DNA of 64,000 nt from an uncultured Actinomycetota bacterium. Its GTDB lineage: Bacteria; Actinomycetota; Actinomycetes; JAFAQI01. Below are positions 29,649 to 38,270 of the stretch, one piece after another. Both the position numbers and the translations under genes were made by a program. A model generated the notes under the pieces. The model did no database searches and was not told the DNA's origin. It saw only the letters and a program-made list of their open reading frames with translations. Position 1 is the first letter of the stretch. Each line of letters begins with the position of its first letter. The stretch spans positions 608,001 to 672,000 of the forward strand of contig CAVYQE010000011.1 in NCBI GenBank assembly GCA_963770565.1. Direction: 5' to 3'.

Positions 29649-31022
29649 TCAACCGACCGATGAGGGCAGCGCCTCGGTGAGCCGGTTCGCACCGGCCCGG
29701 GGCGGGGTGTGGGCGCAGTCGCTCCTGTCGACGTCGCGGGTTCCCCAGCTCTCGTCGCGCACCGTGAGCCCGGCGTGGAACAACGCCGGCCGCAGGATCA
29801 TGAGTTGCAGCACGATGAGGAAGGGGGTGCCGATCAGCCAGGTCAGCCAGCGTTGCCGGCGGCTCAGCCACGGGCGCCCGATTGCGTACGTCAGCGTGCT
29901 CGCGTAGAGGAGCAGACACCAATAGAGCCAGGCGATCCAGTAGATCTTGTGGGTGGTCACCGGGATCACGACGAAGGCCGTGACGAACACGAACGGCATG
30001 ATCATGATCAGTACGGTGTTCCACATCCGCAGCACCAGGGCCGCACCGCTGAGGTTGGCGAGCTCCCACGGCAGGTACTTCATGTAGCCCTTGCACCAGC
30101 GCACCCGCTGCCGGTACAGCGAGCGGATCGTCGACGGCATCTCCATCTCGACGATCGCGGTGTCGCACACCACTACGCGGCCGCGGAGCAGGCTGTAGTG
30201 GGTCAGCCGGCGGTCGTCGCCGTAGGTGCCACTCGTCAGGTAGTCCTCGGCGTTGTCGATCACCACCGCGGCGCGATACAGCGAGAGCGGACCGGAGGTC
30301 GGCGCGACCGCGCCGAGCGCCGACCGCGCGCGACGCGCGACGAAGTTGCCGCTCACGAACTCGAGATCGGTCAGCCTGGTGATCAGGTTCTCCGAGCGGT
30401 TGCGCACGAGGCAGGTGCCGGTGACCGCTTGGACGTTCGGTGCCGACATCGCGCGCAGGATCTCCTCGAGCGCATACTTGTCGACGATCGAGTCCGAGTC
30501 GACGGTGAGGACGAAGTCGGCGTCGAGCTGGTGGCGCAAGCCGTAGATCTGCGCCGCGCGCTTGCCCTGGTTGGCGGTGCGGTGCCAGAACACCCGGGGA
30601 TGCTCGAAGGTCGTCACCGGGAAGGCCGAGCCGTCGTCGACGACATGAATCGCGTCGGGAACGATGGTGCCGTTGAGGAGCGACCAGATGCAGGCGTGCA
30701 GGGTGTAGGGGTTCTCGTTGTATGCCGGCACCAGGGCAACCACCTTGCCCGGCGCGACCGGCAGCTTCCGGAACGACTTGCCGTTCGCGGACAGCGTGAG
30801 CATCACGATGATCATCACCGAGACACTGGCGAAGAACCCGGTCTCGACCGTCCAGTCGCGATGCCAGCTGGTCTGGTGGAACCCGACGACGATCGCCGCG
30901 CTGAGGATCGCGCTCAGCCAGGCAACCAGCCGCGAGTTCAGCAGCCGACGACGCTCACCACGGTCGCGATGGCGACCGATCCACTTGTGTGCACTGCCGC
31001 TGCGGCTGCCATAGTCGCTCAT
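29649..31022 (-). CDS. Processive GT2 glycosyltransferase, hyaluronan synthase/NodC-like
   Basis: PAYNE, DDGS, GKRAAQ, VDSDS, SGPLSLYR, GDDRRLT, QRVRW, WGTR; N- and C-terminal TM helices. Confidence 0.9.
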   Translation of the reverse strand: MSDYGSRSGSAHKWIGRHRDRGERRRLLNSRLVAWLSAILSAAIVVGFHQTSWHRDWTVETGFFASVSVMIIVMLTLSANGKSFRKLPVAPGKVVALVPAYNENPYTLHACIWSLLNGTIVPDAIHVVDDGSAFPVTTFEHPRVFWHRTANQGKRAAQIYGLRHQLDADFVLTVDSDSIVDKYALEEILRAMSAPNVQAVTGTCLVRNRSENLITRLTDLEFVSGNFVARRARSALGAVAPTSGPLSLYRAAVVIDNAEDYLTSGTYGDDRRLTHYSLLRGRVVVCDTAIVEMEMPSTIRSLYRQRVRWCKGYMKYLPWELANLSGAALVLRMWNTVLIMIMPFVFVTAFVVIPVTTHKIYWIAWLYWCLLLYASTLTYAIGRPWLSRRQRWLTWLIGTPFLIVLQLMILRPALFHAGLTVRDESWGTRDVDRSDCAHTPPRAGANRLTEALPSSVG

Positions 31023-31031
31023 GACAGTGGA

Positions 31032-31193
31032 TCAGTGACTCTGCCTGCGGCTCCAGATCCGAAGACCAAGAGTCAGTAGCAGTACGACGAGCACGACCGC
31101 GACGATGGTCCAGGACAGCCAGGCTGACAGCCCGAGCAATCCGGTCGCCGCAGCGGTGGTGGCCGCGGTATGTGGTGCGTCTTCGTCGTACAT
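31032..31193 (-). CDS. 53-aa single-TM membrane peptide
   Basis: MYDEDAPHTAATTAAATGLLGLSAWLSWTIVAVVLVVLLLTLGLRIWSRRQSH; GAAGGGA RBS; fills the gap between dehydrogenase and synthase. Confidence 0.7.
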   Translation of the reverse strand: MYDEDAPHTAATTAAATGLLGLSAWLSWTIVAVVLVVLLLTLGLRIWSRRQSH

Positions 31194-31206
31194 CGGGTCG
31201 TTCCCT

Positions 31207-32598
31207 TCAAACCATTGATTGATTGGGCGCGGTCGCGACGTGGCGGTACGTCGCGTTGAGCAGCAGTGACGTCTTCGGCAGCCAGTCGAGCGTGCTGTCG
31301 GTGTGATGGGTGTGCAGGAGCACCAGGTCGGCATGGCCGTCGGCCGGGTTGTCGATGGAGTAGAGAACCGTGCCGTCGCGTAGCGCGAGCCGCGGCACAT
31401 ACGGGTCGACGTAGCGGACGTTGGCCCCGGCGGCGAGCAGGGTCTCGATGATCACCAGCGCCGAGGACTCGCGAACGTCCTGGACGTCGGGCTTGTAGGC
31501 CACACCCACGATCAGGACGTCGGCGCTGGCCAGGGTCGTGTCGGTCTCAGCGAGCGCGCCGCGGATCCGCTCGACGACCTGCAGCGGGCGTTCCTCGATC
31601 GCGGTCATCGCCTGCTCGACCAGCGGCAACCGGTAGTCCGCGGCGCGCAGCTGCCACAGCAGGTAGTGCGGGTCGCAGGGGATGCAGTGGCCACCGACAC
31701 CCGGGCCCGGCGTGAAGGGCATGAACCCGTACGGCTTGGTCGCGGCCGCCCCGATGACCTCGGTGATGTCGAGGTTCAGGGCCCGGGCGGCGACGCTCAT
31801 CTCGTTGACGTACGCGATGTTCACCGCGCGGAAGGTGTTCTCGTGCAGCTTGGTGAACTCCGCGCACTCGGCGCTGCTGACGACGTGCAGCTTCCTGACG
31901 TACCCGGCGAGGGCCATCGCGGCTCGCTCGGTGCAGGTGTCGGTGAGGCCACCGACGACCCGCGGCACGTCCTCGTGCGAGTGCCGTTCGTTGCCCGGGT
32001 CGATGCGTTCGGGGCTGAACGCCACGAACAGCTCCCGACCCGGGTGCAGGCCGCGCTCGGCGAGCGCCCGGCCGAGCATCTCGCGGGTGGATCCGACGTA
32101 GGTCGTCGAGGTCAGGATCAGCGTCTGTCCGGCGACCGCGCGGTCGACCACCGTCGCGCAGGCGGCTCGGATCGCGGTCAGGTCCGGAGCGCGATCCTCG
32201 GTCACCGGGGTCGGGACACAGATGATGACGGTCGCTGCTTCGGCAAGCCGATCGGCGGAGGCCGCCATCGAGAACGTGTGGCTGGACAGCGCGGTGGCGA
32301 GCCGGCGGAGGTCGTGCGAGCCGAGGTCGGCGGCGCCCGATCGGATGTCCTCGACCCTGGATTGGTCGACGTCGACACCGAGCACCCGGTGCCCCGCCGC
32401 ATGGAAGGCAAGGGCGGTGGGCAGGCCGACGTAGCCGAGCCCGACGATGGCGATGTCGAAGCTGAACCGGCGGGCCGCACGGCCATTGGCAGCGGGAGCG
32501 GCGGTCTCGGTGGCAGCACCGGTTTCGAGCGCAGCCGAAACCGATGCATCGGCCGCTTCCGCGACCGATGTGTCAAGAATTCCCTGCGTCGGTACCAT
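31207..32598 (-). CDS. Nucleotide-sugar dehydrogenase, UDP-N-acetylhexosamine 6-dehydrogenase (WbpA/WecC/TviB) type
   Basis: GLGYVGLP, CVPTP, SPERIDPG, KLHENTFRAVNIA, PGPGVGGHCIP, GVAYKPDVQDVRES. Confidence 0.92.
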   Translation of the reverse strand: MVPTQGILDTSVAEAADASVSAALETGAATETAAPAANGRAARRFSFDIAIVGLGYVGLPTALAFHAAGHRVLGVDVDQSRVEDIRSGAADLGSHDLRRLATALSSHTFSMAASADRLAEAATVIICVPTPVTEDRAPDLTAIRAACATVVDRAVAGQTLILTSTTYVGSTREMLGRALAERGLHPGRELFVAFSPERIDPGNERHSHEDVPRVVGGLTDTCTERAAMALAGYVRKLHVVSSAECAEFTKLHENTFRAVNIAYVNEMSVAARALNLDITEVIGAAATKPYGFMPFTPGPGVGGHCIPCDPHYLLWQLRAADYRLPLVEQAMTAIEERPLQVVERIRGALAETDTTLASADVLIVGVAYKPDVQDVRESSALVIIETLLAAGANVRYVDPYVPRLALRDGTVLYSIDNPADGHADLVLLHTHHTDSTLDWLPKTSLLLNATYRHVATAPNQSMV

Positions 32599-32626
32599 TT
32601 TGTCCGATCCTGGGCCATATTGACTA

Positions 32627-32640
32627 GGGTCCTTAGTCCC
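32627..32640 (-). promoter_or_regulatory. DosR/DevR-like box
   Basis: Minus strand GGGACTAAGGACCC, 12/14 match to core GGGACTWWAGTCCC, upstream of the dehydrogenase. Confidence 0.4.
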
Positions 32641-32781
32641 TGTTCGGCAGGAAGGAAAGGCCGGTCAAGGAATTGGCTGGGAGTTGCTCCGAGCGCGCGT
32701 CGGGGCTAGTCCGTTCGCCGTACCGCGACGGAGAAACCGTGATCGATTCGAGTCTCGGCCGGCGCTGATTCCGGCCGGCCG

Positions 32782-32976
32782 CTATGCCGGCTTGGCCTGC
32801 TGATTGCCCGCCCGGTGCTCGCACGGCAGCACCAGCTCGCTGCCCCAGACGCCGAAGTCGCTCGAGCCGAACTCCTCGAGCTCGGCGCACCATCCGCAGA
32901 ACCAGGTCAGGCCGACCCCGTGCTCGCAGCACTCCGGGCACAGCGCGGTGCCGGGCTGACGATCCTTGCGGGCCAT
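32782..32976 (-). CDS. Small Cys-rich putative metal-binding protein (64 aa)
   Basis: CPECCEH...CGWC...CEH; preceded by TAGATT-N6-ATG (leaderless -10). Confidence 0.45.
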   Translation of the reverse strand: MARKDRQPGTALCPECCEHGVGLTWFCGWCAELEEFGSSDFGVWGSELVLPCEHRAGNQQAKPA

Positions 32977-33085
32977 ACCGGGAATCTACCGAGCCGTGGC
33001 CGGGATCGCAGGGACCTCGACCGCCCCGCGAGGCGCGTCGCCGGAGTCCGATCAGGCTCAGGTCCGACGTCGATAGGGTGGACGG

Positions 33086-34387
33086 GTGGCTTCGGCGCCC
33101 GCTGCGGTTGTGGTGGGCGCGGGCGTCGTCGGCTGCAGCATCGCGCTCGCCCTGCGCCGCGAGGGCATCGCTGTGACGGTCATCGACCGCGCGGCCGGTC
33201 CCGGCCTCGGCTCGACCAGCGCGTCGTCGGCGATCGTTCGCTTCCACTATTCGACCTTTGCCGGGGTTGCGGTCGCCTGGGAGGCCAAGCATCACTGGGA
33301 GCGATGGTCGGAGGTCCTCGGCGCCGCCGACGAGTCGGGGTTCGCGCGGTACTTCGCCACCGGATTCCTCGTGCTCGACACCCCAGGGCAGGACAGCTCC
33401 CGGGTGGCCGCTCACTACGACCGGCTCGGGATCCCGTACGAGGTCCTAGGCCCGGCCGCACTCCGGGCCCGGTTCCCGCACCTGTCCACGACGGCGTACT
33501 TCCCGCCGCGAGCGCCGGACGACGACGAGTTCTGGTCGGAGTCCGACCGCGAGCTCGGCGGCTTCTACACCCCTGAAGGCGGCTTCGTGGACGACCCCGG
33601 GCTGGCTGCGCACAACCTGTGGTCGGCGGCCGCCGCCAACGGGGCGCGGTCGATGTTCCGGTCTGAGGTGTCGGAGATTCGCCGCGACGCCGACGGCATC
33701 GCGGGTGTCACCCTTGCCGACGGCCGGCGCGTCGACGCGACGATCGTCGTCAACGCCGCCGGCCCGCACTCGGCCGCGATCAACGAGCTGGCCGGCGTGC
33801 TCGACGACTTCGCGGTCCGGACCGCACCGATGCGGCAAGAGGTGCACACCCTCGATGGTCCGCCCGACCTCTCCGGGGGCTTCGGGCCGACCGTCGGCGA
33901 TGGCGACCTCGGCACCTACTTCCGATCGGCGCCGGGGGACAAGCTGCTGGTCGGCAGCCTCGAGCCGGCGTGCGACCCGCTCGAGTGGCTGGCCAACCCC
34001 GACGAGTACGACGTGCACCCGACCCCGCCGGTGTATGAGCGGCAGACCCTCCGGCTCGCGCGTCGGGTGCCGTCGGTCGCCGTACCGAACCGCCCGATCG
34101 GGCATGCGGGGGTCTACGACGTCACCGACGACTGGATTCCGATCTACGACAAGACCAACCTGCCCGGCTACTTCGTGGCGATCGGAACCAGCGGCAACCA
34201 GTTCAAGAACGCGCCGGTCATCGGCGCCATGATGACCGCGGTGATCGTCGACTCGCTGGCCGGCCGGGATCACGATGCGGACCCGGTCCACTGGACCGCG
34301 CCGATGACCGGGTCGGTGGTCGATCTTAGCCACTACTCGCGGTTGCGGACCCCCAACGCCGACAGCTCGAACACCGTGCTCGCCTGA
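33086..34387 (+). CDS. FAD-dependent oxidoreductase (DAO/sarcosine oxidase beta family)
   Basis: GAGVVG, GSTSASSA, VNAAGP, YDVTDDWIPI, GTSGNQFK; TAGGGT-N6-GTG leaderless start. Confidence 0.9.
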   Translation: MASAPAAVVVGAGVVGCSIALALRREGIAVTVIDRAAGPGLGSTSASSAIVRFHYSTFAGVAVAWEAKHHWERWSEVLGAADESGFARYFATGFLVLDTPGQDSSRVAAHYDRLGIPYEVLGPAALRARFPHLSTTAYFPPRAPDDDEFWSESDRELGGFYTPEGGFVDDPGLAAHNLWSAAAANGARSMFRSEVSEIRRDADGIAGVTLADGRRVDATIVVNAAGPHSAAINELAGVLDDFAVRTAPMRQEVHTLDGPPDLSGGFGPTVGDGDLGTYFRSAPGDKLLVGSLEPACDPLEWLANPDEYDVHPTPPVYERQTLRLARRVPSVAVPNRPIGHAGVYDVTDDWIPIYDKTNLPGYFVAIGTSGNQFKNAPVIGAMMTAVIVDSLAGRDHDADPVHWTAPMTGSVVDLSHYSRLRTPNADSSNTVLA

Positions 34388-34413
34388 CCGGCCGGCCGGC
34401 CGGCCGGTCAGGC
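34382..34413. repeat. Perfect 32-bp palindrome with (CCGG)n core spanning the stop codon; possible terminator
   Basis: GCCTGACCGGCCGGCCGGCCGGCCGGTCAGGC is its own reverse complement; no U-tract. Confidence 0.7.
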
Positions 34414-34486
34414 CGATGTGACGCCGGTGTGACGCACCCGTCTCACGCTGACGTCGAAGCCACCGGCACCGGAAGGTTGGAAACCA

Positions 34487-35209
34487 ATGACGATCTCGAA
34501 GCGAATCCGCGTGGGCCTGTGCACCGCAGTCGTGGGTGCCGGCTTACTTCCGCTGTCGGCGGCGGGCGCGGCGTCGGCCGCCCCGACCGCGGTCCAGTTC
34601 ACCTGTGTGTCCGCCACCATCAACACCTGCGTGGTGACGATCCCGTTGACGTCCTCCATGAACGAGCAGGTCGGGTCGACCATGCCGGACCACCACCCGT
34701 GGTTCAACAGCGAGCTGGACGGCAACGGCAAAGTGTCCGCGCCGTACACGATGAGCGGGCCGGGCGCGCCCGACACGTACTGGGACGGCGTCTCCGGTGG
34801 CACGCAAGGCGTGGTCTGGTCAGCTCTTCTCCAGACCGGGCCGAACGAGCCGTCCGGTGGCGACGCCGTACTGACCTTCCAACACGTCACTCCGTTGAAG
34901 GCCAAGCACTATGCGTCGATCTCGTGGAGCGCACCCTCGACAGCGGTCCGCCATCAGACCGTGTCGGTCACCGCGGTCGTCAAGCCGTTGCCGCCGAAGG
35001 GTCATGTCCAGCTGCAGCGACAGAACGGCAAGTCCTGGGTGAAGGTCGCGACGATGAAGTTTGCGTCGAAGCGCCATGACTGGACCGCGCACTTCACCTG
35101 GACCGCGCGCAAGCACGCCAAGGTGCGGTTCCGGATCTTTGCGGCCGCGGCACCGCCGCTGCTGCTCGCCACGGCCGGGCCTGCCTTCACGATCCGGACG
35201 ACCGGCTGA
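34487..35209 (+). CDS. Secreted hypothetical protein (240 aa)
   Basis: Signal peptide ending AASA-A; Cys pair; basic Ig-like C-terminus (VQLQRQNGKSWVKV). Confidence 0.7.
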   Translation: MTISKRIRVGLCTAVVGAGLLPLSAAGAASAAPTAVQFTCVSATINTCVVTIPLTSSMNEQVGSTMPDHHPWFNSELDGNGKVSAPYTMSGPGAPDTYWDGVSGGTQGVVWSALLQTGPNEPSGGDAVLTFQHVTPLKAKHYASISWSAPSTAVRHQTVSVTAVVKPLPPKGHVQLQRQNGKSWVKVATMKFASKRHDWTAHFTWTARKHAKVRFRIFAAAAPPLLLATAGPAFTIRTTG

Positions 35210-35316
35210 TCTCCTGACCCCCGTCGTCGCGGATCGACGGGTTTGACAAAGACCCCGCGGCGGGGCGCCGGCGTGCCTGATCATGGGGCGGACGGCTCGC
35301 GAGGGGGTGGCTTGAG

Positions 35317-37530
35317 GTGACGGGTGGGCGCCGTACCGCGCTGAGCGTCACGCCCCTGCTCGCCGTTGGTTGGCTCGCGGGCGTCACCGGATCGACCGGC
35401 GCGGTCGCGGCGAACGCCGGCTCCGGGCCCACCGTCCTGACCACCTGCACCTATGCGGCGCTGAAGGCCGCGGTCGCGGCCGGCGGGGTCATCGACTTCG
35501 GGTGCTCGGGCACGATCACCTTCCACCACGCGATCACGGTCACTGCGGGCAGTACGACGATCGACAGCTCGGGCCACGCGGTCATCCTCGACGGCGCCAA
35601 GTCCAGCCGGTTGTTTCGCGTGACCGGTGGCGCACTGACCCTCGTCGACCTGACCATGCAGAACGCTAGGGCGACCGGGTCGGCGGGTGTGCCGGGCCAG
35701 GCGGGTGATCCGGGCAGTGCCGGCTCGGCCGGCGGGGACGGCGGACCGGGCGACCCCGGCGGGCTCAGCGGTGACGGCGGCGACGGTGCCGGGGGCGCGA
35801 TCGACGTTTCCGGCGGCGCGTTGACGGTTTCCGGGGGCGCGTTCGTAGGCGATATCGCAACGGGCGGTGCCGGCGGGACCGGTGGCGCTGGCGGCGCCGG
35901 TGGCCAGGGCGGGGCTGGCGCCAGCGGTGCCACCGGGGGGAACGGCGGGGCGGGTGGCACCGGCGGCGACGCGGGGATCGGCGGTGGCGGCTTCGGTGGC
36001 GCGATCTACAGCGAGGGCGAAAGCACCCTCACGGTGATCGGGACGACGTTCACCTCCGACGCTGCGATTGGTGGCAACGGTGGAACCGGAGGCGGCGGCG
36101 CTCAGGGTGGTGCCGGCGGCGCGGGAAGTGCCGGCAGTGACGGCGCAGTTCCCGGCGCCTCGGGTCCCGGTGGTTTCGGTGAGCCTGACGGCGACGGCGG
36201 AGCGGGCGGCATCGGCGGTGACGGTGACGGCGGGGCGATCTACAGCGACGGCAACGGGTTGTTCGTCTTCGGGGCGAGCTTCCAGCAGGACGCCGCCACC
36301 GGCGGCACCGGTGGCGATGGCGGCACCCGGTCCCAGCGCTCGACCCCGGCAGCCGACGGCGGCGTCGGCGGCCACGGTGGCGGCGGCGCGAGCGCGACCA
36401 CCGACGGGTCCGACGGCGGTGGTGCCGGGAACGGTGCGGCCGGCGGCATCGGCGGGAGCGGCGGGACCGGTGCGGGTGGTGCGGTGTTTGCCGCCTCCGG
36501 TGGGGTGTTCGCGGCGGTGACATTCACGTCCAACACGGCAACCGGTGGCAGCGGCGGCGGGGGTGGCGGCGGGGCGATCGGTGCGACCGGCGGTGCTGGT
36601 GGCGCCGGAGGGTCCACGTCCGGGTCGGGCGATCCGGGTGCGGATGGCGGCAATGGTGGGGTCGGCGGCAATGGCGGCAATGGCGGCGACGGCGGTGCGG
36701 CAGCCCGCGGGATCGCGGGTGCGATCAGTACGGGTGACCAGATCACGTACGCCGGTACGGTGCCGACCTCGGACCTGGCTGCGGCCGGCGCGGCCGGCCC
36801 TCCGGGCGCCGCGGGCGCGGCGGGCGTCGGAGGCAGCGCGGGCCCCGCGGGTGCCGGCGACCCGAACGGCACGGATGGATCAATCGGGGCGGCCGGTCTG
36901 GCCGGGGCGGAAGGCGCCGCCGGAGCCACTAACCACCCGGGCGTGAAGGAGATCTCCGGCAGCAACCCGCTGGCCGGCGCGATCGTGACCGTGACTGCTC
37001 CGAGCTCGACCAAGGCGGTGACCGGGGCGTCGTACCTCGGGAGTGCGGGAGCGACCGGCGGCACCGGGCCCTATGAATGGGAGGCGTTCGGGCTCCCGCG
37101 CGGCCTCGCCATCGACCCAAGCACGGGCGTGATCACCGGCCGGCCCAGCATTCCCGGTTCATACCGGGTCGAGTTGCTCGCGCAGGACGCGAGCGGCCCG
37201 GTCCGCAATGCGGGCGTGGCCAGGCTCACCGTGACGGTCGCGAAGGCACTGTCGGTCGGCCGGCCGAGCCTGCACAGGAAGAATGGCACCGCAACCGTGC
37301 CGGTGACACTGGCCGAGCCCGGCAAGCTCACGCTCACCGCTCACGGCGTGCGGAAGGTGACCAAGGCGGTTGGCAAACCGGGTCGGGTCACCCTCACCGT
37401 CACGCCGACCGGGGCGCTGAAGAAGATGTTGGCCAAGCACCACAAGGCGAAGGTGGTCGTCACCGTTACCTTCGTCCCCAAGGCGGGCCTGACGGTCCGG
37501 GACACGCTGACCGTTCACCTGCGCAGGTGA
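35317..37530 (+). CDS. Secreted Gly-rich surface protein with Pmp-like GGAI repeats and a putative Ig (He_PIG-like) domain
   Basis: Signal peptide; four GGA(I/V)...FxxD/N units interleaved with GGxGGxGG tracts; GGTGPYEW..GLPRGLAIDPSTGVITGRP; Lys-rich tail. Confidence 0.8.
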   Translation: MTGGRRTALSVTPLLAVGWLAGVTGSTGAVAANAGSGPTVLTTCTYAALKAAVAAGGVIDFGCSGTITFHHAITVTAGSTTIDSSGHAVILDGAKSSRLFRVTGGALTLVDLTMQNARATGSAGVPGQAGDPGSAGSAGGDGGPGDPGGLSGDGGDGAGGAIDVSGGALTVSGGAFVGDIATGGAGGTGGAGGAGGQGGAGASGATGGNGGAGGTGGDAGIGGGGFGGAIYSEGESTLTVIGTTFTSDAAIGGNGGTGGGGAQGGAGGAGSAGSDGAVPGASGPGGFGEPDGDGGAGGIGGDGDGGAIYSDGNGLFVFGASFQQDAATGGTGGDGGTRSQRSTPAADGGVGGHGGGGASATTDGSDGGGAGNGAAGGIGGSGGTGAGGAVFAASGGVFAAVTFTSNTATGGSGGGGGGGAIGATGGAGGAGGSTSGSGDPGADGGNGGVGGNGGNGGDGGAAARGIAGAISTGDQITYAGTVPTSDLAAAGAAGPPGAAGAAGVGGSAGPAGAGDPNGTDGSIGAAGLAGAEGAAGATNHPGVKEISGSNPLAGAIVTVTAPSSTKAVTGASYLGSAGATGGTGPYEWEAFGLPRGLAIDPSTGVITGRPSIPGSYRVELLAQDASGPVRNAGVARLTVTVAKALSVGRPSLHRKNGTATVPVTLAEPGKLTLTAHGVRKVTKAVGKPGRVTLTVTPTGALKKMLAKHHKAKVVVTVTFVPKAGLTVRDTLTVHLRR

Positions 37531-37556
37531 ACGCCACCGATCGGTAGGTCACCCCC

Positions 37557-38117
37557 ATGCGGAAGCTGATCACGATGATGTCCGTGTCGGTGGACGGCTT
37601 CTTCGAGGGCCCCGATCGTGATCTCGACTGGCATCTCGTGGACGCGGAACTGCACCGCCACTTCAACGACGAGCTTCGAACGATGGGCGCGTTTCTCGAC
37701 GGCCGCGTCACCTACGAGTTGATGGCGGACTTCTGGCCTACCGCCGACCAGGATCCAGCGGCGACCCCGACGGTCGTGGAGTTCGCCCACATCTGGCGCG
37801 AGATGCCGAAGGTGGTGTACTCCAGGACGCTTCAGGCCGCGGCGGGGAACGTGACGGTGGTTCACGAGGTCGTGCCGGAGCAGGTCCTGGCGCTCAAGGC
37901 GGAGCCCGGCGGCGATCTCATGCTTGGTGGCGCCAACCTCACGGCGACCTTCATGCGCCACGACCTGATCGATGAGTATCGGCTCTATGTCCATCCGGTG
38001 GTCCTCGGCGCCGGACACCGGTTCTTCCCGCCCGACGTGCCCGTACCGCTGTCGCTGGTCGAGACCCGCACGTTCGGCAATGGGGTCGTCCTGCTTCGCT
38101 ACGTTCCCCGCCGGTGA
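37557..38117 (+). CDS. Dihydrofolate reductase-like (RibD C-terminal domain) protein
   Basis: SVSVDGFFEGP, GRVTYE, KVVYSRTL, LIDEYRLYVHPVVLGAG. Confidence 0.9.
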   Translation: MRKLITMMSVSVDGFFEGPDRDLDWHLVDAELHRHFNDELRTMGAFLDGRVTYELMADFWPTADQDPAATPTVVEFAHIWREMPKVVYSRTLQAAAGNVTVVHEVVPEQVLALKAEPGGDLMLGGANLTATFMRHDLIDEYRLYVHPVVLGAGHRFFPPDVPVPLSLVETRTFGNGVVLLRYVPRR

Positions 38118-38152
38118 GGCGTTCGGGTCATTGCACCGTCGCTCGAACGGCC

Positions 38153-38181
38153 TAAAGCCCGCCCTATCGAAGCGCCGACAT
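38153..38181 (+). promoter_or_regulatory. sigma28-like promoter
   Basis: TAAAG-N16-GCCGACAT upstream of the GGDEF gene. Confidence 0.5.
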
Positions 38182-38270
38182 ATAGGACAGCAACGCCGTT
38201 CGAGGCCGGGCGGGCAGGCAACGGGATCCCGGCTGCGTCGAGGGCCGGATGAAGGACGGGAAGTGGTGGA

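Noticed and set aside
29649-31022. Calling the GT2 a bona fide hyaluronan synthase (hasA)
   Set aside because: The motifs are shared with NodC/chitin-type synthases, and the partner dehydrogenase looks UDP-HexNAc-specific; the product cannot be assigned from sequence
35317-37530. PE_PGRS protein / type VII substrate
   Set aside because: No PE domain or YxxxD/E motif; it has a Sec-like signal peptide instead
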